Virus record (IMG/VR): IMGVR_UViG_3300037419_002082
Coordinates: 38,216-102,215 of that record
Source of the DNA: a virus
DNA length: 64,000 bases
Reading direction: 5' to 3' (one strand)
Both the position numbers and the translations under genes were made by a program. Shown one piece after another: positions 28,924-40,657 of the stretch. The notes beneath the pieces are model-generated. The model saw nothing but the letters and a program-made list of their open reading frames with translations. It searched no databases and was not told the DNA's origin. Position 1 is the stretch's first letter. Each line of letters begins with the position of its first letter.

Positions 28924-29278
28924 TACCTTCATAAAAAACAAATATACCGGAGGTATAATAAAATGGCTCTTAATGGACCTAATAACGAAATTAAAGATAA
29001 TGAATTTAATGACCTGGTTCAAAAAGGTTGGTTGGTTGTAGGTACTGGTGCTAATGCAGGACTTTATCAATTAACAACTAAAGGTTTAGCAGAATATGAC
29101 CGTTTAGTTCGTTCATTATCTGGTAAAGCTCAAGTTTTAGTTGGTCTTAAGTTAGCATCTAATGCTTTCACAGCACCAGCTACTATTAAAGGCTTTATGC
29201 AACAATAATTATGAGAAAAATGGCTCCCCTATGTGGGAGCTATTTTTATATCAAGAGGAATGGAATTTAATACCTTCA
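28908..29278 (+). repeat. Direct repeat AGAGGAATGGA(A)TTTAATACCTTCA at 28908 and 29254, flanking one gene and a terminator
   Basis: 24/25-bp match read directly from the sequence. Confidence 0.8.
28963..29208 (+). CDS. Small protein with a winged-helix-like wing motif
   Basis: DLVQKGWL...YQLTTKG; RBS GGAGG; own terminator at about 29222-29247. Confidence 0.55.
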   Translation: MALNGPNNEIKDNEFNDLVQKGWLVVGTGANAGLYQLTTKGLAEYDRLVRSLSGKAQVLVGLKLASNAFTAPATIKGFMQQ

Positions 29279-29304
29279 CCAAGACATAATAAAAGGTGAA
29301 TGGT

Positions 29305-29934
29305 ATGAAAATTCTTGATTTATTTAGTGGTACACAAAGTATTGCTTCAGTTTTTAAAAAAAATGGATGGGAAACCTTTACATTAGATTTTAATCCTATT
29401 TTCGTAAATACAGATTGGCAAGTAGATATTTTACAAGTAACAGCCCAGGATATTTTGGATAAGTTTGGTAGACCAGATTTTATATGGGCATCTCCTCCAT
29501 GTACTACATTCTCTGTTGCTAGTATTGGAAAACACTGGAATAAAAATAATACACCTAAAACAGAAGAAGCAAAGATAGGTTTAAAAATACTTGAAAAAAC
29601 AATAGAATTAATTCATGAATTAAAACCTAAGTATTTCTTCATTGAAAATCCTATGGGAAAAATGAGGAAAATACCTATTATGGATCAATTTGTAAGGCAT
29701 ACAGTTACTTATTGTCAATACGGTGATAAAAGAATGAAGCCTACAGATATTTGGACTAATCATCCTAATCCAAATTTTAAGCCTATGTGTAAGAAAGGAA
29801 TGCCTTGCCATGAAGCAGCCCCAAGAGGAAGTCAAACAGGTACACAAGGATTAGAAAATGCTATTGAGAAAGCAAAAATACCAAAGAAACTATGTGAACA
29901 CATATATAAACTATGTTCGGAGGAAATGGAATGA
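29305..29934 (+). CDS. Short DNA cytosine-C5 methyltransferase
   Basis: LDLFSG (motif I), ASPPC (motif IV) and IENP (motif VI). Confidence 0.82.
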   Translation: MKILDLFSGTQSIASVFKKNGWETFTLDFNPIFVNTDWQVDILQVTAQDILDKFGRPDFIWASPPCTTFSVASIGKHWNKNNTPKTEEAKIGLKILEKTIELIHELKPKYFFIENPMGKMRKIPIMDQFVRHTVTYCQYGDKRMKPTDIWTNHPNPNFKPMCKKGMPCHEAAPRGSQTGTQGLENAIEKAKIPKKLCEHIYKLCSEEME

Positions 29935-30761
29935 AACAATATTTAGATTTATGCCAACACATCTTGGATAAGGGAATTATAAAAGACGATAGAACTGGAA
30001 CAGGGACTATCTCAATTTTTGGCTACCAAATGAGATTTGATTTACAAGAAGGTTTTCCAATTCTAACTACAAAAACAGTACCTTTCCGTTTAGTAGCAGA
30101 AGAACTATTATGGTTCCTTCGTGGAAGTACAAATGTATTTGAATTACAAGAAAAGAAAGTAGGCATTTGGGATGCAGATTATAAAAGATGGGTAAATAAT
30201 GGACATCCTGATAATGGAGACTTAGGCCCTATCTATGGTAAACAATGGCGTAGTTGGGATATTGGAGATGAATGGCCTCATTCTATTGACCAAATTTCAA
30301 ATGTTATTGCAGAAATTAAATCTAATCCAGACAGTAGAAGATTGCTTGTATCTGCATGGAATGTAGGAGAAATAGATAAAATGGGATTGCCTCCTTGTCA
30401 TTATGCTTTTCAATTTTATGTAGCAGATGGTAAATTATCTTGTATGTGGCAGCAACGTTCAGTAGATACATTTTTAGGTTTACCATTTAATATTGCATCA
30501 TATGCCCTATTAACTCATATGGTGGCTAAAGAATGTAATTTAGAAGTAGGGGAATTGATTTTTACTGGTGGGGATGTTCATATTTATAAAAATCATCTAG
30601 ACCAAATCAATCTTCAATTAACAAGAGAGCCTCATAAATTACCCAAGTTAATTATTAAAAATAATCCTAGAGATATTTTCTCTTATAAATATGAAGACTT
30701 TGAACTGGAAGGTTATGAGCCAGACGGTCCAATCAAGGGAGATGTTTCAGTTGGCTCTTAG
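29931..30761 (+). CDS. thyA: Thymidylate synthase (canonical)
   Basis: DRTGTG, EELLWF, LPPCH, QRSVD.FLGLPFN and DVHIY motifs. Confidence 0.96.
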   Translation: MKQYLDLCQHILDKGIIKDDRTGTGTISIFGYQMRFDLQEGFPILTTKTVPFRLVAEELLWFLRGSTNVFELQEKKVGIWDADYKRWVNNGHPDNGDLGPIYGKQWRSWDIGDEWPHSIDQISNVIAEIKSNPDSRRLLVSAWNVGEIDKMGLPPCHYAFQFYVADGKLSCMWQQRSVDTFLGLPFNIASYALLTHMVAKECNLEVGELIFTGGDVHIYKNHLDQINLQLTREPHKLPKLIIKNNPRDIFSYKYEDFELEGYEPDGPIKGDVSVGS

Positions 30762-31239
30762 TATTATTGTAGCAATGGATAAACAAGGTCTTATTGGAAA
30801 AGGTAATGAATTGCCATGGCATTTGCCAGAGGATTTACGATATTTTAAAAAGACTACAAGCGGTAAAGTAGTTGTAATGGGAAGAAAAACTTTTGAATCT
30901 ATTGGAAAGCCTCTTCCAAATAGACATAATGTTGTATTTACAAGAGATAAACAAAAATATGATTTTAATAAAGACTTATTAACATATCAAACAGTAGAGT
31001 CTATTATTGAATGGTCAAATGAAGGTATGGATATTTTCATAATTGGTGGCTCGCAAATTTATGGACAATTTTATCCTTACTGTGATAATCTTTACATCAC
31101 TTATGTAAATGATATTTATGAAGGTGATACTAAATTTCCTATTCCTTTAAGCCAAATTAATGAAGATTTTGAAATACTTTCTAGAAAGTTTGGTAAGGAT
31201 AAAAACATTGAATTTTTAGTAATGGGGAGGAAGGCATGA
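30751..31239 (+). CDS. folA: Dihydrofolate reductase
   Basis: [19 protein letters not shown] and IIGG motifs. TTG start at 30751. Confidence 0.94.
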   Translation: MALSIIVAMDKQGLIGKGNELPWHLPEDLRYFKKTTSGKVVVMGRKTFESIGKPLPNRHNVVFTRDKQKYDFNKDLLTYQTVESIIEWSNEGMDIFIIGGSQIYGQFYPYCDNLYITYVNDIYEGDTKFPIPLSQINEDFEILSRKFGKDKNIEFLVMGRKA

Positions 31240-31544
31240 AAATTAAACTAGTTATTGGAGAAGATAAATTTATTTTTGCTTCACTTGAAGAATTATTTAA
31301 TTTCTTGAATCAATATACTACTGAGAAATTAATAGATTGTAATTGTGCAGAGTTAGAATATTTTATTTTAGTGGAGGAATAAGATGATATTTTTAGCTTG
31401 GTTTTCTTTATTACTTTATACTTTTAGTGTAGCAGCAAATTTAGTAAAAGATATACAAAAAGATTTAAATCCATTAGCAATTGCATTAAACCTAGCAATC
31501 CAATCTTGTATTATTTGGTGCTTAATAACATTGGTATTGATACT

Positions 31545-32066
31545 ATGATACTAAGTGGATGGGATGTTGCTAGCTATAAAACAGGAGTATTTTTCCTAGA
31601 CTTAGAAACTCTTAAATATAAATCTATTCTAATTGACATTAGAAGTAATGATTTATATGTAAGATTAAGAGCTTTTAAAGAAAGAACGGCAAAACTATTA
31701 AGTACCTATAATCCGGATTTATTAATTGTTGAATCCACGTATCTGGATGAATGGAGAAAACATAAAAATACTAAAAAAAGAGGGAATGTAAACACTCTAA
31801 AGATTTTAGAAAAATTCCATGGTGTCCTTCTAGCTAACACTGAAGATTACATGGATATACACTACATGTCGCCCAGCGAACATAAAGAAGCGCTAACTGG
31901 GATTGGAAATGCTTCTAAGCAATCTACAATTTGGATGGTTCAAAAAAAATTAGGTTTAGTAAATATAGATGACAACCAGGGAGATGCAGCCGCACTGGTT
32001 TTGGCTTACCTTGTAAAACGGCAGCAGTGGGATTTATTGGAGAAGATAAAAAATATGTATGAGTGA
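31545..32066 (+). CDS. ruvC: RuvC-like Holliday junction resolvase
   Basis: GWDVA..TG, LIVE, G.GNASK and DNQGDA motifs. Confidence 0.82.
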   Translation: MILSGWDVASYKTGVFFLDLETLKYKSILIDIRSNDLYVRLRAFKERTAKLLSTYNPDLLIVESTYLDEWRKHKNTKKRGNVNTLKILEKFHGVLLANTEDYMDIHYMSPSEHKEALTGIGNASKQSTIWMVQKKLGLVNIDDNQGDAAALVLAYLVKRQQWDLLEKIKNMYE

Positions 32067-32214
32067 GGGATAAAATGACAATTGTAATACCTAGTTGGTT
32101 ATTGTGGATGTTAGCTGGAGCAATTACTATTCCATTAGGCATATACATTATTTGGAATTTAATTGGAATGATTATAATTTGGTGGGCATTTAAAAGAGGC
32201 TAATTTTCGGAGGA

Positions 32215-32973
32215 ATGGAGATGCACTATCTTGAATCTAGTTATAAAGGTGATGAAGATTTAAATATATTATTGCTAAATGATTTGCATTTAGGTTCACC
32301 TTGGGCTAATCTTGATTTATTAAATGATTGTATTAACTTTGCTAAAAAGAATGAACATAATACAAGAATATTGATGAATGGAGATTATATTGAAGGTACA
32401 TTAAAAACTAGTAAAGGCGAAATACATGAACAACTTTATTCGCCTAAAATCCAAGCAGATAAGGTAGTAGAATTACTTTATCCAGTAAGACATTTAATTG
32501 AAGCAATAACAGAGGGAAACCATGATGCTAGAGTTGAAAAAGCTACTTCCTTTGACCCTGCTGAAATTATTGCTAAAGATTTAGGAATTAAAGATAAATA
32601 TATGGACGTAAGAGGTATTGTAGGATTTTCATTCAATAAATTATATTATTCAATTGATATGCATCATGGTGTAGGTGGTGGTTCTACATTAGCTGCAGTT
32701 GAAAATAATATGAAAAAGTTATGGAAATCTGATGCAGATATTATGTACTGTGGACATTGGCATAAAGAAATGTCAAAGCCAATTAAACGCTTCTCTATAA
32801 ATAAGAGGCATAAAAAAATAGTGGAAGAAAAAAAATGGTTAATATGCGGGAATACGATTGTAGATACAGCAAAATATGCAGCTAGGGGAGGATATGAAGA
32901 ATCTTTTCCTTCTCAAGCAATACTAACTTTAAGCAGTAAGAAAAAAGATATTAACGTTAATTGGATAAGATAA
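32215..32973 (+). CDS. Calcineurin-like metallophosphoesterase
   Basis: DLHLG, NGD, GNHD, HHG and GHWH motifs. Confidence 0.88.
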   Translation: MEMHYLESSYKGDEDLNILLLNDLHLGSPWANLDLLNDCINFAKKNEHNTRILMNGDYIEGTLKTSKGEIHEQLYSPKIQADKVVELLYPVRHLIEAITEGNHDARVEKATSFDPAEIIAKDLGIKDKYMDVRGIVGFSFNKLYYSIDMHHGVGGGSTLAAVENNMKKLWKSDADIMYCGHWHKEMSKPIKRFSINKRHKKIVEEKKWLICGNTIVDTAKYAARGGYEESFPSQAILTLSSKKKDINVNWIR

Positions 32974-33049
32974 ATGTGAAACCTATAAATTTAAGAGCTC
33001 CTTTCTTCTATATAATTAGATTATATTAAGAAGAAGGGAGTCTTTTTAT

Positions 33050-34204
33050 TTGGCTGATTTTATGATTTCTCAGGAAGATTGGTCATTGCATAGAAAAGGA
33101 TATGAAGACCAACAGAGGCATCAGGAAAAAATTAAAGAAGTAATGAAAGAAAATTTAGCAGATTTAATTTCACAAGAAGAAATTATAATGGGTAAAGGCG
33201 ATGATAAAGTTAGAATACCCATTAAAAAATTAAATGAGTACAAAATAATTTATAATAGCAATAAAATGAATCATACTGGAATGGGTAATGGCGATAGTGA
33301 AATTGGTGATGTAGTTGCTAGAGAACCAGGTGAAGGTAAGAAAGGTTCTGGTAAAGGACAAGGTGCTGGAGATAAACCTGGAGAAGACTGGTACGAAGCA
33401 GAATTTTCTGTAGAAGAGCTCCAAAAAGAACTTTTCCAAGAATTAGAATTACCTAATCTTGAAAAAAAACAAGCAGGAATAATGGAAAGCCAATCCTATG
33501 AATTTAATGATATTGGCAGAATTGGTATTACAGGAAATATTCATAAGAAAAAAACTTTAATGGCAGCTTTTAAAAGAAATGCTGTTAGAGGTAAATCTTC
33601 TTTCTATCCAATAAAACCTGAAGATTTAAGGTACAGAACTTGGAATGATATTCCAAAACCAGATACTAGGGCATTAATTATTATGATGATGGATACTTCT
33701 GGTTCTATGGGGATTTGGGAGAAATACATGGCGCGCAGCTTCTTCTTTTGGACTAAAAGATTTTTAGATACAAAATATGAAAAAGTGGAAGTAGAATTTA
33801 TTGCTCACCATACAGATGCATATGTTACTAATGAACATAATTTTTTCCATAAAGGTGATGCCGGCGGAACAATTTGTTCATCTGCTCATAGAAAGGCATT
33901 ACAATTAATTAATGAGAAATATCCTCCTTCTCAATATAATATTTATTTATTTCATGCTTCTGATGGAGATAATTTAACATCAGATAATGCTAGATGTGTT
34001 AGATATACTGAGGAACTTATGGAGAAGGCAAATATGTTCGGTTATATTGAAGTAAATCAGTATGACAGGCATTCAACTTTAAGGAGTGCTTATAAATATA
34101 TTAAAAATAAAAAATTCCGACAGTGTATTATAAAAGAAAGATACGATGTTTATGAATCATTAAAATCTATGTTTAGAAAGGAAGAGATTAAAAATGGAAT
34201 TTAA
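33050..34204 (+). CDS. yhbH: Sporulation protein YhbH / YeaH (DUF444, vWA domain)
   Basis: [33 protein letters not shown] and SDGDN motifs. Confidence 0.9.
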   Translation: MADFMISQEDWSLHRKGYEDQQRHQEKIKEVMKENLADLISQEEIIMGKGDDKVRIPIKKLNEYKIIYNSNKMNHTGMGNGDSEIGDVVAREPGEGKKGSGKGQGAGDKPGEDWYEAEFSVEELQKELFQELELPNLEKKQAGIMESQSYEFNDIGRIGITGNIHKKKTLMAAFKRNAVRGKSSFYPIKPEDLRYRTWNDIPKPDTRALIIMMMDTSGSMGIWEKYMARSFFFWTKRFLDTKYEKVEVEFIAHHTDAYVTNEHNFFHKGDAGGTICSSAHRKALQLINEKYPPSQYNIYLFHASDGDNLTSDNARCVRYTEELMEKANMFGYIEVNQYDRHSTLRSAYKYIKNKKFRQCIIKERYDVYESLKSMFRKEEIKNGI

Positions 34205-34490
34205 AAAGAAGGTAAATAAACACAAAGAATTAGCTTTAGAGGTAATGGAATTAAATGAAGAGTCACGCAATAATGATTGGGTTTTAATTTTTGATGCCTT
34301 ATCTCTATCTGGTGTTAGTATTGATACAGATACTATTGTAAGAATTAAAAAATCTGGTGTTAATGTTCATACTCTTGTAAGGGAGCGTAGAAAGATTCAA
34401 AGCACTGGATTATTTCTTCCTACTAATCCAGAAGTAGAAAAAAGAAGAAGATTAAGGGCTGCAGATTATGCAGAACATTACTCCAATTAA
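34194..34490 (+). CDS. Hypothetical phage protein
   Basis: In-operon ORF; RERRKIQ..GLFLPT motif. Confidence 0.55.
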   Translation: MEFKKKVNKHKELALEVMELNEESRNNDWVLIFDALSLSGVSIDTDTIVRIKKSGVNVHTLVRERRKIQSTGLFLPTNPEVEKRRRLRAADYAEHYSN

Positions 34491-34494
34491 AATG

Positions 34495-34534
34495 GTGAAA
34501 CTCATCCTAAATGTTAAACAGTATTTGATATAAT
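34495..34534 (+). promoter_or_regulatory. GTGAAAC-N27-TATAAT promoter upstream of SSB
   Basis: Motif and spacing. Confidence 0.7.
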
Positions 34535-34582
34535 AATACTTGAGATTAATATTCTCGAATTTATTAAAAAGGTGGAATTTAG

Positions 34583-35236
34583 ATGTCTTTAAGTAAAATG
34601 ATGACTCGTATCGTATTAATTGGTAAATTAAAATCTTATGAATATAAAACAGAGCCTTTCGCTGTTGGTAAAGGAGTTTTAGATTTAGGCGGTGGAAAAA
34701 CTGCTCAGTTTACAATCTTTAATTCTAGTGCTAATGCTCAGAATCAACATACAAAAGCAGCTGATTTCGATAGAATGTTTAGACCACAAAGCGAAGATTA
34801 TCCAGGAGATTTTGTTTTCGTAACTGGTCAAGATAATCGAACTTATAGTTCTGAAAAAGACCGTTATTATGAAAATGTTAATGTATGGGATTTCCGAGCT
34901 GCAGAAGAAGATGAAAAAGCACGTTGGGTATTTGTTTACATTGCTGATGTAAAAGAATTAACTGATTCTGTTGCTACTTTATCTTTCCTAAATTACAAAG
35001 ATGAAGAAACTTTATTCCCTATCAATATTGACAAGGCTAAAATTGATGGTGGAGTTTTAGAGGTTGGAGCCCGAGTTAAAGTTAAAGGTGAAGTTTTCTC
35101 TGGTATGAAAATGGACTTCTATGGTGATGGTGAATTTGTTACTGAACGTAATGGCGTAGAATTTAAAATTCTTCATTCAGCATCAGAAATGGAAGAAGAA
35201 AACACACCTGCTGAAGATAGCGGAATGTGGGATTAA
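34583..35236 (+). CDS. Single-stranded DNA-binding protein (OB folds)
   Basis: Beta-rich sequence, acidic aromatic tail EDSGMWD, adjacent to the Sak4-like ATPase. Confidence 0.65.
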   Translation: MSLSKMMTRIVLIGKLKSYEYKTEPFAVGKGVLDLGGGKTAQFTIFNSSANAQNQHTKAADFDRMFRPQSEDYPGDFVFVTGQDNRTYSSEKDRYYENVNVWDFRAAEEDEKARWVFVYIADVKELTDSVATLSFLNYKDEETLFPINIDKAKIDGGVLEVGARVKVKGEVFSGMKMDFYGDGEFVTERNGVEFKILHSASEMEEENTPAEDSGMWD

Positions 35237-35295
35237 TTCAATAGAGGGTAGATTATTCTACCCTTTTTAAAATCTATTATAAAGGAATGATATAA

Positions 35296-36153
35296 TTGGC
35301 AGAGAAAGATTTAAAAACTACTGAAGAAAAACCAATGAGTGATGCAGAAATTATTGATGCATTCTTTGATGAAATTCCGGAGAAAGAACCTATCGTTGTT
35401 GGAATAGGCGGACCTGCTGGCTTTGGTAAAACCCATTTCATTAATACTTTTCCTAATCCAGTAATTGGTGATACTGAAGGCCGTGCACAAATTGTTATGA
35501 AGAAATTTAAAGGTGCTAGACACCGTAAAGTTACAAAAGATATGAAAACTATCCGACAAACTATTTCAGTAATTGCTAAAAATCTTTGTCAAGATTCTTC
35601 TCAACGTAGCAATTGGACATATGCTCTTGATTCTGCATCTGACTGGCAGCAAATGGCAGAGTTAGAATATCTAACAGAAGCTAAAAAAGAGAAAGTATAT
35701 CCACTAGTTTTATGGGCTAAAGTTTATGAAAAAATGGACCAAGTATTTGATAAAGTCCGTGAACTTGGTTTAAATATGATTGTGACACAACAAGTTAAGG
35801 AAATTTATCGTAATGAAAAACCAACTGGTGAATTTGCACCTGCTGGATATAAGAAAATTCCTTATCGTGTTGATGTTCATTTACTACTCCGAAAAGGTAT
35901 TGAAGTTGATGGTGAACTTTATTACCCGGAGGTTGTAGTGGCAGAAGTTTTAAAAGACTGCTGGCATAAACCTGAAGAAACTAAACCGTATTTGATTGAT
36001 GTAACTTATGATGGTATTTTTGCTGAATTAAAAAATTACAAACATCCATCTCCTGGTGATAAAGATGCAGCAGCTAAACTCATTCTTAAGGAATTAGAGA
36101 AAAAGACTGGCATTCCTATTGCTAAGGCAAAAGCTGAAAATAAAGAAGCTTAA
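35296..36153 (+). CDS. Sak4-like (AAA_24) recombination ATPase
   Basis: GPAGFGKT, DTEG and LDS motifs; next to the SSB gene. Confidence 0.72.
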   Translation: MAEKDLKTTEEKPMSDAEIIDAFFDEIPEKEPIVVGIGGPAGFGKTHFINTFPNPVIGDTEGRAQIVMKKFKGARHRKVTKDMKTIRQTISVIAKNLCQDSSQRSNWTYALDSASDWQQMAELEYLTEAKKEKVYPLVLWAKVYEKMDQVFDKVRELGLNMIVTQQVKEIYRNEKPTGEFAPAGYKKIPYRVDVHLLLRKGIEVDGELYYPEVVVAEVLKDCWHKPEETKPYLIDVTYDGIFAELKNYKHPSPGDKDAAAKLILKELEKKTGIPIAKAKAENKEA

Positions 36154-36200
36154 TATAAGGGAAGGGATTATTTCCCTTCTTTATTTTATGAGGTGATATT

Positions 36201-36707
36201 ATGGCACGAAAAAGTAAAGATGCTACATCTATTATTCAGCCTACAGAGGCAGAGTTAAATCTTTACAATCAGTTAATTAAAGATTTAACAGAAGAGCAAT
36301 TAGATGAATTTGCAAATGAATTTTATGATGCAGTACAAAAGGAAGAGATTAACATTTCTTTTCCAAGATTTATTATTGATAAGCTAATTCGTCCAGTTAA
36401 GCCTGGCGATACAATTTCTTTTGCAGATGAAAATAATAGCATTCAGTATTTATTCTGTTTAGTTAGAAAAGATATTGAAACTAAAACGTATTTATTATTC
36501 TCTTTAGTGGATAAGGAAACAGAATCATTAAGGACAGACCAAGTTTATCTATTTGCTGTTATGGGATACGATGAGAATGGTATAGAGGAGATAGATATAG
36601 TTCCTGCATCAGAAGAAGCTGAACGTATTTTAGATTTAATAGAGGGTGATTCAAATGTTCAAATGGTTAGCGGCGATATTCAAGAAGAAGAAACCGGAAG
36701 TAATTAA
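36201..36707 (+). CDS. Acidic hypothetical protein
   Basis: ORF with RBS GAGGTG. Confidence 0.55.
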   Translation: MARKSKDATSIIQPTEAELNLYNQLIKDLTEEQLDEFANEFYDAVQKEEINISFPRFIIDKLIRPVKPGDTISFADENNSIQYLFCLVRKDIETKTYLLFSLVDKETESLRTDQVYLFAVMGYDENGIEEIDIVPASEEAERILDLIEGDSNVQMVSGDIQEEETGSN

Positions 36708-36954
36708 TCCTTGCTCCACTTGTGTATGGTGGGCTGCTGAGGAAGAAAATTTAGTAAATCATCATAAGGACCCAGAAATGAGGTTCTGCGATAAACATAA
36801 ATTATTTACACATCAGGATATTACTTGTCCTGAATATTTGGAAGAGAAATTTGAAGCAACTGAAAACTCAGTTCAAACTGAGGAAATTGATATTAATCAT
36901 GATTTAAGTATAGAAAAGAGTGAAGAGAATGACCCAAGTAGTCAGCAGAAATAA
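36655..36954 (+). CDS. Hypothetical zinc-binding protein
   Basis: CSTC...C.KH...C pattern. Confidence 0.5.
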   Translation: MFKWLAAIFKKKKPEVINPCSTCVWWAAEEENLVNHHKDPEMRFCDKHKLFTHQDITCPEYLEEKFEATENSVQTEEIDINHDLSIEKSEENDPSSQQK

Positions 36955-37393
36955 TCCGGAATATATTAGAATTCTTGAATTAATTAGTAAAATAACGGAA
37001 GAATGGGGCGAGACTGTAAGTGATATTAATATGTATCATGCAGAGCCCAAATTAGATTACCATTTAAATGAAGCAATAAGAAATTTAGAGGGGATTCATT
37101 CCCCTCTTCATGAGTTACAAGGCCTATTAGAAGTCGTGAAACTCAAAAAGAATGTTGAAAAATAAATTATATAATATAAATAGAAGAAAGGAGAATCAAA
37201 GTGAAAAATTATAAAGTGGAAGAACTAAATTATACTGATACAGACCGATTAATTGAAGCGCTTACTTATTATCTAGGCACAAGAGAAGGTAAAATTGGAA
37301 CATATAATTTAGAATTACTTCGTAAGCTTGAAAGAAATAAACGAATTCTATTTGATACTCCAGATGAAACTACAATGGAAAGTGGGAATATTA

Positions 37394-37987
37394 ATGGCTA
37401 AGTATTATATTTTTGGTGATGTTGAAACAACTGGATTGAGTGAGCAAACAGAACGTATGACAGAAATTGCATTGGTAAAAACAGACCATGAATTTAACAT
37501 CATTGATAAATTCCAAATGTTAATTAATCCAGAGCGAGTAATCTCTGCTAAAATTACAGAACTTACTGGTATTACAGAAGAAATGATTGCGGATGAACCT
37601 AAATATGATGAAGCATATGCTCTTATCCAAGAATGGTGGAATAAAGATATTGGAGTAGGAGATGAAATTATCTTTTGCGCTCATAATGCTCCATTTGACA
37701 TTAAATTTATTAATTATGGTTCTACTCTTACTTTAGGTAAAAATATTATCCATAATTTTATTGATACTGTTTCTCTTGCTAGAGAATTATATCCATTCTG
37801 GCGAAATCATAAGTTAGAAACTCTTGCTAAGAAATTTGGTATTGTAAATGAAAATCATCACCGAGCTATGAATGATACAATGGTATTATACTATGCCGGT
37901 GTTCGACTCATTAAAGAGGCATACGAAGCTAATGATTTTAATCCGGTAAATTTCCGGACTACTAAAAAATTACATTATGGGAAGTGA
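37394..37987 (+). CDS. dnaQ: DnaQ-like 3'-5' exonuclease (DEDDh)
   Basis: DVETTG, AHNAPFD and HRAMND motifs. Confidence 0.92.
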   Translation: MAKYYIFGDVETTGLSEQTERMTEIALVKTDHEFNIIDKFQMLINPERVISAKITELTGITEEMIADEPKYDEAYALIQEWWNKDIGVGDEIIFCAHNAPFDIKFINYGSTLTLGKNIIHNFIDTVSLARELYPFWRNHKLETLAKKFGIVNENHHRAMNDTMVLYYAGVRLIKEAYEANDFNPVNFRTTKKLHYGK

Positions 37988-38758
37988 GGAATTTGGAAAA
38001 GAAAATTGCTAAGATTCAAAAGAAAACAAATAAAGTCTTTGCAGTATTTCAAAAGATGATTGCAAAACTTGAGAAATATAATGCAAAGATTGAAAAAATG
38101 CTGCATAAATCTTCTTCCTTATTGGAAGAGAAACGAAAAGAGCTGTTAGAATTAGAAGCAGAAGTAAATAACCACCTTGAACATGGTTATACTGCTATTG
38201 ATGCTAATATTGAACAGATTAAAACACTTAAAAAACTTATTGGAAAGGCTGATGAATAATGTCTGAAAAGAAAAAAGTATTTGAAGTAGTATTAACAACT
38301 GGTAAATCTGCAAGAGCTTTAAAAAGGCTAGCAGAAAAATATAATATAATGAAACAAGGTATTGGGTCTTCTCCACTAGGGAAAATGAGAAGCCGTCAAG
38401 AACGTAAAGCTATGGCAAAATCTCTTAAGGTACCATTTCAACCTAGATATAATGGAGAATTTACACAAATGAAATTCTCTTTAATTACCGCTAAAAATAA
38501 AAAATATACTAAACTAGTTTTGGCGGTGAAATAATGAAGTTTGATATTTATACTAATCTTAGTGAAACAACAAAAACTGATGATAATACAACATCAGAAA
38601 AATCTACTAGAAAGAGTTATCGAAATCTTACATTAGAAGAAGCGAAAACTAAAGTAGATGAATTCTTTAAGTCTATTCCAGAAAATGCAACAAATGTATA
38701 TTTTGAAATGCATAAATCCTATGATGAACAAATGGATGCTGCATTACAATCAATTTAA
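37984..38758 (+). CDS. Three small hypothetical genes (37984-38259, 38259-38534, 38534-38758)
   Basis: Translationally coupled ORFs; the first is coiled-coil-like and the second is basic. Confidence 0.5.
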
Positions 38759-38896
38759 TTATAATAAAAGAGGTGGAGATATCTTCACCTTTTTTCTTTA
38801 TATATAAGAAACTTTTTATTTTTTATGTGATATTATGTTATATAATAAGAATATGAAAAAGATTATAGATAAATAAGAAATGGAGAGATGTTGTAG

Positions 38897-39976
38897 ATGA
38901 TATTTCATGAATTAGTAGGAAAAATATATCCACAGAGAGCCAAGGGTGTTGAGGCAGATAAAATTCCTTGGGATAATAAAAATTATCAATTTCAGGTAAA
39001 AGAAGATGGTGACAGAAGACTATTATATTTTACTAAAGATAAAGTTATTAATACATCAAGAAGTAAAGGCGCTGATACTGGATTTCCTGTAGATAAAACG
39101 GATAATGTTCCTCATATTAAAGATTTAAATATTCCAGAACTTGAAGGTACAATTATTGATTGTGAATTCATTCATAATAGAGGCTTTCAAGATGGTGTTA
39201 GAAAGATTATGGGTTGTCTTCCTGAAAAAGCTATTCAAAGACAAGAAGATTGGGGATTAATTGAAGTTTATATATTTGATATAATTGCATATAAAGGCCA
39301 ATTTCTTGTAGATAAGCCATTAAGAGAAAGAATGATTTTCCTAATAAATGCATTTCAAACATATTTTAAAGATATTCCATTTATCCATCTAGTAAAAACT
39401 GTAACAGGTTCTAAAGAAGAACTTATCCAACAATTTGAAGAATTAGTTGCTAATGGTGGAGAAGGTTTTGTTGCAAAAGATATTAATTCCAAATATCGTC
39501 TGTCAACTGAAAAATGCCAATCCCCTCTCAAGAATGCTTGGATTAAGGTTAAGAGAGAATTTAATGGTGATTTTGTTGTAATGGGGTTTGATGAACCTTC
39601 TTATTATTATACTGGAGAGCATTTAGACACGCATGAATATTGGGTAGATAAAGATGGCCATAGAGTAAACCCTACAATTGGCAGAATGCTTGATAATTCC
39701 ACTCCAGTAACTGAATACTGGTATAAAGGTTGGATTGGCGGCATTATCTTTGGAGAATATGAAGATGGAATTTTAAGGTCAAGAGGAACATGCTCAGGTA
39801 TGACGAAAGAATTAAGAGCAGAACTTTCTAATAATAAGGAATTATATATTGGAAAAGTAATCGAAGTCGACGGAATGGAACGCACTAAAGATAAAGCAAT
39901 TCGTCAACCAGTATTTAAGCGATTTAGAGATGATAAACTTCCTGAAGACTGCCAATACGAAAATCAGAAAGGGTGA
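38897..39976 (+). CDS. ATP-dependent DNA ligase
   Basis: KEDGDR adenylation motif, DCE, FDI, EGFVAK, WIKVK and R.PVFKRFRDDK motifs. Confidence 0.92.
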   Translation: MIFHELVGKIYPQRAKGVEADKIPWDNKNYQFQVKEDGDRRLLYFTKDKVINTSRSKGADTGFPVDKTDNVPHIKDLNIPELEGTIIDCEFIHNRGFQDGVRKIMGCLPEKAIQRQEDWGLIEVYIFDIIAYKGQFLVDKPLRERMIFLINAFQTYFKDIPFIHLVKTVTGSKEELIQQFEELVANGGEGFVAKDINSKYRLSTEKCQSPLKNAWIKVKREFNGDFVVMGFDEPSYYYTGEHLDTHEYWVDKDGHRVNPTIGRMLDNSTPVTEYWYKGWIGGIIFGEYEDGILRSRGTCSGMTKELRAELSNNKELYIGKVIEVDGMERTKDKAIRQPVFKRFRDDKLPEDCQYENQKG

Positions 39977-39980
39977 GTAA

Positions 39981-40271
39981 ATGATACAATTAATAAAAAG
40001 CAATTCGTATGATAGAAAAGTATTAATAGGCCGCCCAAATCTCACATTAAAAAATATCACATGTGGTAATATTACATGTAATAAACGAGATAAATTTAAA
40101 AAGTACAAGGAAGATTTATATATGTGCGAATGCGGTTATCTAGCCATTGGCGATTTTGAAATTGAAGCAACACATAAAATTAAATTCTTTTGTACAACTA
40201 AATCTTGTCCTGAAAGCAAATCTAAAATGGATAAAAATTGCCTTAAGTGTCAATTTATTGGGGAGCGATGA
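39981..40271 (+). CDS. Cys-rich zinc-ribbon protein, paralog 1
   Basis: C..C, CECG and CP.SK.KMDK.CLKC. Confidence 0.6.
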   Translation: MIQLIKSNSYDRKVLIGRPNLTLKNITCGNITCNKRDKFKKYKEDLYMCECGYLAIGDFEIEATHKIKFFCTTKSCPESKSKMDKNCLKCQFIGER

Positions 40272-40657
40272 AAATGGTTAACAAACCTGATATGATTGAA
40301 GAAGCTGCAAGAAAAAGGGCGAAGAATTTCTATTACTCTTCACCCCAAATTAAAACAGTAAAATTAGTCAATAAGAATACAAAAGAACCAATTAAATGTC
40401 CTGAATGTGAAAATCAGCAATTTAAATTCTATCAAAAATTAGGTGGAATTATCCTAAGTTATTATCGAAATAGGGTAATGAAAAATAATCCTATCAAACA
40501 TGTTTATATTTGTAAATGCGGTATTAGATTAATTCTTCCGGAAGAAGATTTTGAATATGCTAAAATTAAATACGGCTGTTCTGCTGGGAAATGCCCCTTC
40601 TCCAAAACTAAAATGGATAAAGATTGCTTAAAGTGTAAATATATTTACGAAAAGTAA
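40268..40657 (+). CDS. Cys-rich zinc-ribbon protein, paralog 2
   Basis: CPEC, CKCG and CPFSKTKMDKDCLKC. Confidence 0.6.
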   Translation: MKMVNKPDMIEEAARKRAKNFYYSSPQIKTVKLVNKNTKEPIKCPECENQQFKFYQKLGGIILSYYRNRVMKNNPIKHVYICKCGIRLILPEEDFEYAKIKYGCSAGKCPFSKTKMDKDCLKCKYIYEK

